Source: Dongiaceae bacterium (GTDB taxonomy: Bacteria; Acidobacteriota; Terriglobia; Acidiferrales; UBA7541). Taken from it: a DNA stretch of 64,000 nt. Position numbers and translations under genes: made by a program. The stretch lies in assembly GCA_035542235.1 (NCBI GenBank), contig DATKLU010000005.1:779-64778 (forward strand), given 5' to 3'. Shown piece by piece: positions 9,885-17,984 of the stretch (position 1 is its first letter; the number at the start of each line of letters is the position of its first letter). The notes below the pieces were generated by a model. It ran no database searches, had not been told where the DNA came from, and saw only the letters and a list, made by a program, of their open reading frames with translations.

Positions 9885-9891
9885 GCGCCAC

Positions 9892-10278
9892 ATGAATGAC
9901 GCTCCTCAGAAACCGACCACCGCCGAGCTGCAAATCCTGCAGGTGCTCTGGGACCGCGGGCCCTCCACGGTTCGCGAAGTCCATGAAGCGCTGCAGAGTG
10001 AAAAGCCGCTGGGCTACACGACCGTTTTGAAGCTGATGCAGATCATGACCGGCAAGGGCCTGGTGCGGCGTAATGAGACCCAGCGCGCGCACGTGTACGA
10101 AGCGCAGCAGCCTGCGGAAAAGACCAAGCGCCAGCTGGCAGCCGATATGTTGCAGCGCGTGTTTGAAGGCTCGGCCAAAGAGTTGATGCTGCACGCGCTG
10201 GCCGGCCGCAAGAGTTCCAAGAACGAAATCGAAGAACTTCGCGCCATGCTGGACGAATACGAAAGGAAGCTGCCATGA
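9892..10278 (+). CDS. BlaI/MecI/CopY-family winged-helix transcriptional repressor
   Basis: …TTAELQILQVLWDRGPSTVREVHEAL…LGYTTVLKLMQIMTGKGLVRRNETQRAHVYEA… matches the penicillinase-repressor fold. The stop overlaps the next gene's ATG (ATGA 10275-10278). Track start is GTG 9883; I prefer ATG 9892. Confidence 0.85.
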   Translation: MNDAPQKPTTAELQILQVLWDRGPSTVREVHEALQSEKPLGYTTVLKLMQIMTGKGLVRRNETQRAHVYEAQQPAEKTKRQLAADMLQRVFEGSAKELMLHALAGRKSSKNEIEELRAMLDEYERKLP

Positions 10279-12326
10279 ATCCCGTGACCCTCGCGACGGA
10301 CTGGATCTCTCCGGAAGTGCTGCGCACGCTGGGCTTGGCGCTGCTGCACTTTGTGTGGCAGGGAGCGGCGATTGCCTTGTTCGCGGCGGCCGCGCTGGCC
10401 ACGCTGCGCGGTGCCCCGACCCGCTACGCGATGTCCCTGGTGGCGCTGGTGATGATGATTGCGGCGCCGGTCGCGACGTTCTTCGTGCTGCGCGCGGAAA
10501 CTCCTGCCGCCGGCAGTTGGCAGGTCGCCGCTGCGCCGGCCCTCGCGGGCGCAGCCAAGGTTCTGACCCATCGTGCCGCGAACGCCCTCGGCGCGGATGG
10601 CCCGCACCTCTCGACGCAGCTGATCACCCTCTTTACGGAACTGTGGTTCGCGGGGGTGCTTATCTTCAGCCTGCGCACCGCGGGCGGATTCTTGGTGGTA
10701 GCGCGGTTGCGCCGCAGGGAATCGCAAGCCGTCTCCGGCGAACTGCTCGCCGTTTGCCAGGCTATGCAGCGGCGATTGGGAATCACGCGCGTGGTGCGCT
10801 ATTGCGAATCGCTGCGCCTTGATGCGCCGGCGGTGGTCGGCTGGCTGCGCCCGGTGATGCTCCTTCCGGTCAGCGCGATTACCGGATTGAACGAGCTGCA
10901 GCTCCGCGCGGTGATCGCGCACGAACTCGCGCACATTCGCCGCTTTGACGCTTTCTTCAATCTGTTCCAGGTTGCAGCGGAAACCTTGCTCTTCTATCAC
11001 CCGGCCGTCTGGTGGCTCAACAAGCGTATTCGCGCGGAACGAGAAAATTGCTGCGACGACATGGCGCTGGCGGTTTGCGGCAGTCCCGCGGAGTACGCGC
11101 GAGCGCTGGCCTTGATGGAGACTTGGCGCTCGGCACCGTCCCTGGCCATGGCCGCCAATCGCGGGCCTTTGGCCACGCGGGTGGCCCGCCTGCTGGGCTT
11201 TTCCGCGCAGCCGAGCGGCACCCTGCGCAGCGCCGGATTGGCCCTCGGCGCAATCTGCCTGGCTGCCGCGCTCTTCGCTGGAAACGCGCTTTTCGGATTC
11301 GTACGCACCGCTTCCGCTCGTCCCGCGCTGATTCCCCAATTGAAGGTGGAGCTTTCGCGATTGGCCGATCACCTGAAGCCCGCGCTCTCTCCCTCGGTCA
11401 GGCCGCCGATCAGACTTACCGCGAAATCCCGGACGAACGTCGCTCCGTCGCTCCGCCTGAATGCCGCCACGATGAACTCCGTTTCCAGCAGCGCGGTGAC
11501 GGACACCATTGAGTTCAACTCGTTCAACTACAGTTTCAATCCGCAATCGAGCGCCATCGTGATCACTGCGCCGCGGCCCGAACCGGAACCCCAGGCCAAG
11601 CCCGCGCAGGCGCAAGGCGCCGGCGGCGCGGCCGGCAAGGCTTCTTACGTCGAGGCCATGAAGGCCGAAGGCTTCGATAATCTGGATGCCGACGAGCTGA
11701 TCGCCATGAAGGTTCAGGGCATCACTCCGGAATATATCCACGCTATCCGCGCCGAAGGGTTCAAGCCATCGGCCGATGAACTCATCACCCTGAAGGTCCA
11801 GGGCGTCACCCCTGAATACATTCGCCAGGTTCGCGCGATGAATATCGGCGCCAACGACGTGGACACCATCGTCGCCATGAAGATCCAGGGCGTGACCCCG
11901 GAATACGTGCAGGAGATGAAGCAGCTGGGCTTCCATTCCGACGCCGAAGAACTGATCGCCATGAAGATTCAGGGAGTCAACGCGGCGTACGTGAAGCAGC
12001 TCACCGAAATGGGCATCAAGGCTGACGGCGAAGACGTGATTGCGCTGAAGATTCAAGGCGTAACACCGGAATATGTGAAGAGCATCCGCGCGACGGGCCT
12101 CAATCCGGATTCGGAAGAATGGATCAGCCTGAAGGTGCAAGGCGTGACCGCGGACTACGTCAAGGCCCTGCAGGACGCCGGCTTTAAGCCCAGCGTCGAA
12201 GAAGTTGTGGGCGCAAAGGTGATGGGTGTGACCCCGAAGTTCATCGCCGACGCCAAGAGCCACGGTTTCAAGAACCTCACGCTGGAGAAGCTGATCGGTT
12301 TGAAGAACGCGGGCGTGCTGGACTAG
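10275..12326 (+). CDS. BlaR1/MecR1-type M56 peptidase signal transducer with C-terminal 28-aa tandem-repeat domain
   Basis: N-terminal TM helices and an HExxH zinc site (VIAHELAHIRRFD, HELAH = 10920-10934). The C-terminus (11640-12323) is about 7.5 repeats of ELIAMKIQGVTPEYVxxhxxxGFxxxxx and has no SxxK/KTG sensor motifs. Confidence 0.85.
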   Translation: MNPVTLATDWISPEVLRTLGLALLHFVWQGAAIALFAAAALATLRGAPTRYAMSLVALVMMIAAPVATFFVLRAETPAAGSWQVAAAPALAGAAKVLTHRAANALGADGPHLSTQLITLFTELWFAGVLIFSLRTAGGFLVVARLRRRESQAVSGELLAVCQAMQRRLGITRVVRYCESLRLDAPAVVGWLRPVMLLPVSAITGLNELQLRAVIAHELAHIRRFDAFFNLFQVAAETLLFYHPAVWWLNKRIRAERENCCDDMALAVCGSPAEYARALALMETWRSAPSLAMAANRGPLATRVARLLGFSAQPSGTLRSAGLALGAICLAAALFAGNALFGFVRTASARPALIPQLKVELSRLADHLKPALSPSVRPPIRLTAKSRTNVAPSLRLNAATMNSVSSSAVTDTIEFNSFNYSFNPQSSAIVITAPRPEPEPQAKPAQAQGAGGAAGKASYVEAMKAEGFDNLDADELIAMKVQGITPEYIHAIRAEGFKPSADELITLKVQGVTPEYIRQVRAMNIGANDVDTIVAMKIQGVTPEYVQEMKQLGFHSDAEELIAMKIQGVNAAYVKQLTEMGIKADGEDVIALKIQGVTPEYVKSIRATGLNPDSEEWISLKVQGVTADYVKALQDAGFKPSVEEVVGAKVMGVTPKFIADAKSHGFKNLTLEKLIGLKNAGVLD

Positions 12327-12541
12327 ACGCCCGAACAAGAGTCCTGGGTTTCCTGAGAGCGCTGTGAGCAGGGCCAAGAGCGCAGCCGTTGCAGCTCTGC
12401 GCCGGAAGTGTGCGCGCACGAGCAAAGGAAGCAGGGCTCGAACCGGGATTCGGAACGGACTCACAAGGTTTCGAGTGCAACAACGTAAAAAACGCAACAA
12501 AACGCAACAAGAGGTAGCAACGTATGGAGGAATACACTGCC

Positions 12542-13486
12542 ATGAATCGACGTCACGCACTGGTCGCATACATTCTGACCGCCTGCACGCTGGTGCTGGC
12601 GCTGGTGGCCCGTGCCGCGGACTCGCGCACCGGAAGCTGGACGGTCACCCACAGCGACGAAGCGGACAAGGTGCAGTTCCAGCTGATCTATCACACCGAG
12701 CACAGCAATTCGAATCACCAGTCGGACTGGCCCAAAGCCGAATTCAAAGGCGTGGATTTTTCCCGGGCCGGGCGGCAGGACGTGAAGTTTCTGATCAGCC
12801 GCGATGCCGGGAAATTCGATTGCAATGGCTATCTCGAGGACGGAGAAGGAGCGGGAGTCTTCCACTACACGTCCGATACCCAGTACGTGTCGAAGATGAG
12901 CGCACTGGGCTTCGGCGGCATAGATTCCGACAAGCAGTTCAGCATGGCCATGCTGGATGTTTCCCTGGCCTTCGCAAAGCAGGTGAAGGACATGAACCTG
13001 CGCAATATGGATACGGACAAGCTGATCGCCTTCCGCATTTTCAACGTGACGCAGGATTTCGTGAACGATCTGCGCAAGCAGGGACTGGCCGCGACCGATG
13101 CGGACAAGCTGGTGGCCTTCCGCATTCACGGCGTGTCCCCGGAGATGGTCAGCTTTCTGCATCAGGCCGGCTACCAGCCGGACGAGGACACGCTGGTGGC
13201 GCTGCGCATTCACGGCGTGACGCGCGACTTCATGCAGCAACTGAAGACGGACGGCTACGACCGGCTGGATTTGCAGAAGCTGATCGCCTTCCGCATCCAC
13301 GGTGTTTCGCCGGAGTTCATCGAGCGCCTGGACAAGCTGGGCTATAAACATCCCGATCCGGATCAGCTGGTAGCCATGCGCATCCATGGCGTTTCGCCGG
13401 AATACATCTCCGATATGCAGGCCCGCGGTTTCAAGGACCTGAGCATCGACAAGCTGGTCAGCATGCGGATTCACGGCATCGACTAA
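12542..13486 (+). CDS. secreted protein built from the same 28-29-aa repeat as the BlaR1 C-terminus
   Basis: Signal peptide MNRRHALVAYILTACTLVLALVARA/ADS with GGAGGA 10 nt upstream (alternative ATG 12524). A small N-terminal domain is followed by about 6.5 repeats of KLIAFRIHGVSPEFIxxLxxxGYxxxxxD (12878-13483). Confidence 0.75.
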   Translation: MNRRHALVAYILTACTLVLALVARAADSRTGSWTVTHSDEADKVQFQLIYHTEHSNSNHQSDWPKAEFKGVDFSRAGRQDVKFLISRDAGKFDCNGYLEDGEGAGVFHYTSDTQYVSKMSALGFGGIDSDKQFSMAMLDVSLAFAKQVKDMNLRNMDTDKLIAFRIFNVTQDFVNDLRKQGLAATDADKLVAFRIHGVSPEMVSFLHQAGYQPDEDTLVALRIHGVTRDFMQQLKTDGYDRLDLQKLIAFRIHGVSPEFIERLDKLGYKHPDPDQLVAMRIHGVSPEYISDMQARGFKDLSIDKLVSMRIHGID

Positions 13487-13549
13487 CGGAGCTGTTCCGG
13501 TGCGTCGCTGACGGTTTCCACAGTCATGGGCCGTTGAAAAGCCGGAACC

Positions 13550-13585
13550 GGCGGCAGGCCCACCCGCCAGCCGCCATTCTTTTTT
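13550..13585 (+). terminator. candidate rho-independent terminator
   Basis: GGCGGCAGGC-ccaccc-GCCAGCCGCC (10-bp stem, one mismatch) followed by ATTCTTTTTT. It lies about 65 nt after the stop at 13486, and its T-tract abuts the stop of the convergent gene. Confidence 0.5.
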
Positions 13586-15776
13586 ACTGGTAACTGTTCA
13601 CGAGAAGGACGCTGCTCTCATCGTCTTCGGCGCGGTTGAAGTACAGCGTGTTCCCGGCCGGCGTGGCGGAAAGCCAGAACGGGCTGCGATCCAGCAGGCT
13701 CACCTGGCGCGTAAGTTGTGTTTCAAAATCGTAGAAATCGAGCGTGGTGCCGCGCGATTGTCCCTCGGCCGGAATGAAATAAATGCCGCTGTTGGAAACA
13801 CCCCAACTCGCCCAGGTTTTGGTTTTCAAACCTGCCGCGTAGCGTGACTCGTCGTTTCCGTTGGGAGAGACGCGCCACAATTCCGTGTTGTCAAAGCGTG
13901 TCTTGGCGTAGACCAGCGAGCCATCGGGCAACTCCCAGGCCGCGAAGCCGCCATTCGTGGTGACTTTTGCCGGTGTCCCGCCTTCGGCGCGCACTTTCCA
14001 GACTTCATCCTGGCCGGAACGGTTGGAGGAAAAGTAGATCCAGTTCCCGTCGCGCGACCAGCTCGGCACCGCGTTCGCGAAATCGTCGCTCAACAGCGCA
14101 CGCGGCTTGCCCCCGGATGCGGAGACCACATAGACGTTGACCCGGCCTGCCGCCGTCGCGTCGAAGACGATCCATTTTCCGTCCGGCGACCAGCGCGGCG
14201 TCCCGCAGCTATCGAGGTTGGTCAGTTGCGTGGCATGGCTGCCGTCCGCGTCGCTCACCCAGATCTCCAGTGACCCCGCGCGGTCGGACATGAAAGCCAG
14301 TCGTTTTCCGTCCGGTGAAGGCTGCGGCCCCTCGTTGCGGCCGTTGGTGGCGGTAATGATCGTTGTCTGCGAATGCTGCTTGGCGTCGGAAGGTAGATCG
14401 AGGCGCGAGATTCCGGAAGCTCGTGTGATTTTTTGAACCACCAGCGTGCCGGTCTTGGCCGCAATGGAAGGATGCCAGGTGCTGTCTCCAGTTCCGCGCA
14501 CCCGTTCGGCTGGGCCACCCGCTGAGGCGATCTTCCACAGCGCTGGGTCGCCGTCGCGCGTTGAGGCGAAGAAAATGGTGCGGCCGTCTTCGGACCACGC
14601 GGGCGGCCCGATAATCGCGCCGCGCTGCGTGGTCAGTTGCTGTGCCTCGCCGCCATTCGCCGCTGCCACAAAGATCTCTTCCGGAAAGCCCGCGCCGTTG
14701 CCGCGCACGAAGGCCAACCGTTTGCCGTCCGGAGAAAATGCGGGACCCCAGTCGCGGTCCTGCCCGGGTGGTTGGGTGAGCGGTTCGATGCTGGAGTTCT
14801 CCACCGAGATTAGAAAGATCTGCGCGCCACCGCTCGTCGAATCGCCCGAATACGCGATGAATTTACCGTCCGGCGTCCACGCCAGCTCGCCGCGTTTCTT
14901 GCGGGGATCCCGGCAAATGCTTTTCGGGGTGCCGCCCGCTGCGGGAACCACGTAGATGCCGTACTCAAACGTGGAAATCCTCGAAAACGCCAGGTACTTG
15001 CCGTCGGGAGACCACGCTGGATTCGAATCGCCGGGATTGTTCGTGATCTGGGCGCGCGTCTCTCCGTCGCGGCCGACAACAAAAATTCCGGCGGCGCCGG
15101 GCGTATAGCTGTTGCGGCGGAACGCTACCCATTGGCCGTCCGGTGAGATCGCAGGATCGCTGGCCGGATCCGGCACCAGCGTGACCATCGGCGAAAGCGA
15201 TTTGCCGGCCTTGGCCCGTGCCTCCGCCTCCTCTTTTTCGCGATCCACAGGCCGATGAACCGCGAGAAAGATCAACAGGACTGCCAGCGCAAACCCTGCG
15301 ATCGCCACCGGTTTCCCCATCTGCCATCCGGCGCCCGATGCCCCGCGCGGGTGCCTGGTCTCCGCTGCGGCAGCCGGTGGAGGCGGCGCAGCCGCGGATG
15401 GCGCCGCGACGCTCGGAGCAGGCGCCGGGGGCGCCGCTGCCACCGGCTGAACCGCCGCAATGAAGCGGTAACCTCGCCGCGGCAAGGTCTCAATATATCG
15501 CGGTGACTCCGCGGAGTCGGAAAGGGTCTCGCGCAGTTTGTTCATGGCCGCATTCAGGCCATGATCGAAGTCGACGAAAGTGTCCTGCCCCCAGATTTCC
15601 CTCTGCAGCTCCTCTCTGGTGACCATTTGGCCGGACCGTCGCACCAGCACCGCCAGGATTTCAAAGGGCTGCCCTCCCAGCTTCAGCTTGACGCCGCCGC
15701 GCCAGAGTTCATGGGTAGCTAGATCGGCTTCGAAAGGACCGAAAACATAGCGCTCGGCTGGTGCGGATGAGGTCAT
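13584..15776 (-). CDS. CadC/ToxR-like membrane-anchored winged-helix (OmpR/PhoB-type) regulator with periplasmic TolB-like beta-propeller
   Basis: N-terminus YVFGPFEADLATHELWRGGVKLKLGGQPFEILAVLVRR…IETLPRRGYRFIA is a wHTH trans_reg_C type. It is followed by an Ala/Pro linker, one TM helix, then repeated …SPDG(K/Q)x(L/I/V)AF… PD40/WD40-like blades. Confidence 0.85.
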   Translation of the reverse strand: MTSSAPAERYVFGPFEADLATHELWRGGVKLKLGGQPFEILAVLVRRSGQMVTREELQREIWGQDTFVDFDHGLNAAMNKLRETLSDSAESPRYIETLPRRGYRFIAAVQPVAAAPPAPAPSVAAPSAAAPPPPAAAAETRHPRGASGAGWQMGKPVAIAGFALAVLLIFLAVHRPVDREKEEAEARAKAGKSLSPMVTLVPDPASDPAISPDGQWVAFRRNSYTPGAAGIFVVGRDGETRAQITNNPGDSNPAWSPDGKYLAFSRISTFEYGIYVVPAAGGTPKSICRDPRKKRGELAWTPDGKFIAYSGDSTSGGAQIFLISVENSSIEPLTQPPGQDRDWGPAFSPDGKRLAFVRGNGAGFPEEIFVAAANGGEAQQLTTQRGAIIGPPAWSEDGRTIFFASTRDGDPALWKIASAGGPAERVRGTGDSTWHPSIAAKTGTLVVQKITRASGISRLDLPSDAKQHSQTTIITATNGRNEGPQPSPDGKRLAFMSDRAGSLEIWVSDADGSHATQLTNLDSCGTPRWSPDGKWIVFDATAAGRVNVYVVSASGGKPRALLSDDFANAVPSWSRDGNWIYFSSNRSGQDEVWKVRAEGGTPAKVTTNGGFAAWELPDGSLVYAKTRFDNTELWRVSPNGNDESRYAAGLKTKTWASWGVSNSGIYFIPAEGQSRGTTLDFYDFETQLTRQVSLLDRSPFWLSATPAGNTLYFNRAEDDESSVLLVNSYQ

Positions 15777-16007
15777 TGCAGTTTGGCGACTCCAGATTCT
15801 AGCACTCCGGCGATCTCCAGAAAGGTCGAATCAGCGGACTCAGGCCGCGTAAGTGCATTTAAATGAATTCATTGCACGATGAGGAGCGTTGGACTTGGTT
15901 CTGAGGAACGGATGAGCCTCCGTGCATTGCGGTAGTTGCCCGCGGGCTTCAACCTCCAGCCAGATTCGCCGCTGGTGCAAAAAGAGCGGCGGATACGGAG
16001 GGGTACG

Positions 16008-16988
16008 ATGATGCGATTCGGGAAGTTGGCACAGAGGTTTGTCCTGGGGATTCTGACGGCAGGGGCGATGTCCGGCGGCGCCGCGGCCCAGAAAGGCGCT
16101 GCAGCCCAGGATGCAGGATGCTTTCGACTTCAGGGGCAGTCACTGGTGACCACCGCCTGCGACGGCGGAGCGATTCGGGCGGCGGCTGAGAAGGGACAGG
16201 CGTATGCGCAGAATCAGGCGGGCCTGCTATCCGCCATCATGACCGGCGACCGACCGGGAGACCTGGACCGGGCGCGTGGATGGTTTGAGCGGGCGGCTCG
16301 GAAGGGCTACGCCCCGGCTCAGGTGAACCTCGCCGTGTTGTATCTGGAGGGCTGGGGTGTGACCAGAAACTACGGCGCGGCGTTGCACTGGCTCACCGAG
16401 GCATCGCGGCAGGGCAGTTCGCGCGCCGACGCCAACCTCGGCATTCTGTACATGAACGGTTGGGGCGTGCGAACGGACTTTGCGGAAGCGCGCAAATATC
16501 TGGAGCGTGCGGCGAAGGCGGACGATGCCGGCGCACAGGCTAACCTTGGATACCTCTATGACGGTGGGCTCGGCCTGCCGCAGGACTATGCGCTGGCCGC
16601 GCATTGGTATCGGGAGTCGGCGGAACACGGCAATGCCCTTGGGCAGAACAACCTGGCGGATTTGTATTTGCGTGGTCGGGGCGTCCCGCAAGATTATGCA
16701 CAGGCGGCTTACTGGTTCCGCAAATCGGCGGAACAGGGCAACACCGGCGCGCGCATCAAGCTGGGTTTTTTGCTCATGAACGGGTTGGGCTGTGCCAAGG
16801 ATCTGACCGCAGCGTATGCGTGGCTTTCGGCGGCGTCGCAAGCTGGGGACCATCGAGGAGATGAATACCTGGCTGCGGCGCAGCGGCTGTTGAATCAGGC
16901 GCAACTGGCGCAAGCACGGAGCGCCGCGGCGTCGCTGGCTGCCGGCAGCGACCGGGCGCCTGCGGCCGCAACGTGGTTCCGCCCGTAA
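16008..16988 (+). CDS. secreted Sel1-like repeat (SLR/TPR) protein
   Basis: Repeated 36-aa units …A(x)WYxKAAxQGxAxAQxNLGxxYxxGxGV(P/T)xD…. Start set to ATG 16008 (MMRFGKLAQRFVLGILTAGAMSGGAAAQ signal peptide, GGAGGGG upstream) rather than TTG 15936. Confidence 0.85.
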   Translation: MMRFGKLAQRFVLGILTAGAMSGGAAAQKGAAAQDAGCFRLQGQSLVTTACDGGAIRAAAEKGQAYAQNQAGLLSAIMTGDRPGDLDRARGWFERAARKGYAPAQVNLAVLYLEGWGVTRNYGAALHWLTEASRQGSSRADANLGILYMNGWGVRTDFAEARKYLERAAKADDAGAQANLGYLYDGGLGLPQDYALAAHWYRESAEHGNALGQNNLADLYLRGRGVPQDYAQAAYWFRKSAEQGNTGARIKLGFLLMNGLGCAKDLTAAYAWLSAASQAGDHRGDEYLAAAQRLLNQAQLAQARSAAASLAAGSDRAPAAATWFRP

Positions 16989-17088
16989 GAGGCTGCGACA
17001 GCGGGAGGAGCCGCCTCACCGTCCGCGATCGCGGCGCGGTATCAGGATGCGGCCTGGCCCGTCTTTCCCGTGATAGAGTGCTGCCGTT

Positions 17089-17463
17089 ATGGCCAACTCT
17101 TTTGCGAAATGGGTGTTTCGCTTGGCGGGGATTTGGGGGCTGGTGATCCTGGCCCCGCTGTATTTCCTGTTTGACGTGATCGGGAAGAAAGACCCGCCAC
17201 CGATCACCCACCCGGCTTTCTTCTACGGCTTCGTCGGCGTGGCGGTGGTTTGGCAGCTTGCGTTTCTGGTGATTTCGACCGATCCGGTGCGCTACCGGCC
17301 GCTGATGATTCCGGCGATCCTGGAAAAGCTGGTCTATTCGATTCCGGTGATTCTTTTGGTATGGCAGAGACGGATGAGCCCGAACGATCTGGTGTTTGCC
17401 GGCATTGATCTCTTCCTCGGCGTGTTGTTCGTGCTGGCTTGGCTGCGAACGCCGCGGTCTTAG
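17089..17463 (+). CDS. hypothetical membrane protein (4 TM helices)
   Basis: 124 aa and strongly hydrophobic (…FRLAGIWGLVILAPLYFLF…FFYGFVGVAVVWQLAFLVIS…). No recognised family. Confidence 0.55.
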   Translation: MANSFAKWVFRLAGIWGLVILAPLYFLFDVIGKKDPPPITHPAFFYGFVGVAVVWQLAFLVISTDPVRYRPLMIPAILEKLVYSIPVILLVWQRRMSPNDLVFAGIDLFLGVLFVLAWLRTPRS

Positions 17464-17543
17464 AACCGTTATAAGCCCCAAACTTTCGTACCATTCGCAT
17501 CTGCCCCTCGCCTTGCTGCAATTACGGGGAAGGAGGCACGACG

Positions 17544-17984
17544 ATGACGAAGAAGATCCGCACAATGGCTGCTGCCTCTCTGCTGTTTGCTACGATTAGC
17601 GCTGCGCGCGAGCATGAATATCAGAAGGGCACTCTGCTGCGCATGGACTCCTCGTCCTGCGGTATGCAGGAAAACGGCTCCAAGACTTTTGCCGGAGAAG
17701 TGCTGGGTACCGACGGCCAGCAACGAAAGACCAAGGAGTTGCTGTGCCAGGAGTACGTCCTGCAGGCGGACCACGTGGTCTACCGCATCCGCCCGAAAGA
17801 CGATAAGCACCCGATGTTGTTGCCGATCGGAGAGATGGCGCAGTTCCGCATCAACAAAGATAAGCTTGTGCTGCGGGTGCCGGAGATAAGCGACAAAGAG
17901 CACGAGTACATCGTGGTCTCGATGAGGCCGCGGGAAGAGGCCGCCACCACGGCGCAAGCGGCTCAGGCGGCGAGCAAGAACTAA
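17544..17984 (+). CDS. secreted hypothetical protein
   Basis: 146 aa with signal peptide MTKKIRTMAAASLLFATISAARE and GGAAGGAGG RBS upstream. No recognised family. Confidence 0.6.
   Translation: MTKKIRTMAAASLLFATISAAREHEYQKGTLLRMDSSSCGMQENGSKTFAGEVLGTDGQQRKTKELLCQEYVLQADHVVYRIRPKDDKHPMLLPIGEMAQFRINKDKLVLRVPEISDKEHEYIVVSMRPREEAATTAQAAQAASKN

Noticed and set aside
10014-12569. 851-aa ORF on the minus strand covering the whole BlaR1 gene
   Set aside because: It is antisense to a gene with clear M56/HExxH and repeat structure. Its product is Arg/Gly/Ala/His-rich low-complexity sequence with no motif or RBS, which is typical of stop-codon-poor antisense frames in high-GC DNA.
11640-13483. 84-87-nt periodic DNA considered as a possible CRISPR-like or minisatellite array
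   Set aside because: The periodicity is entirely inside two ORFs and is conserved at the protein level, not the DNA level. There are no identical direct repeats or unique spacers, so it is a coding repeat domain.
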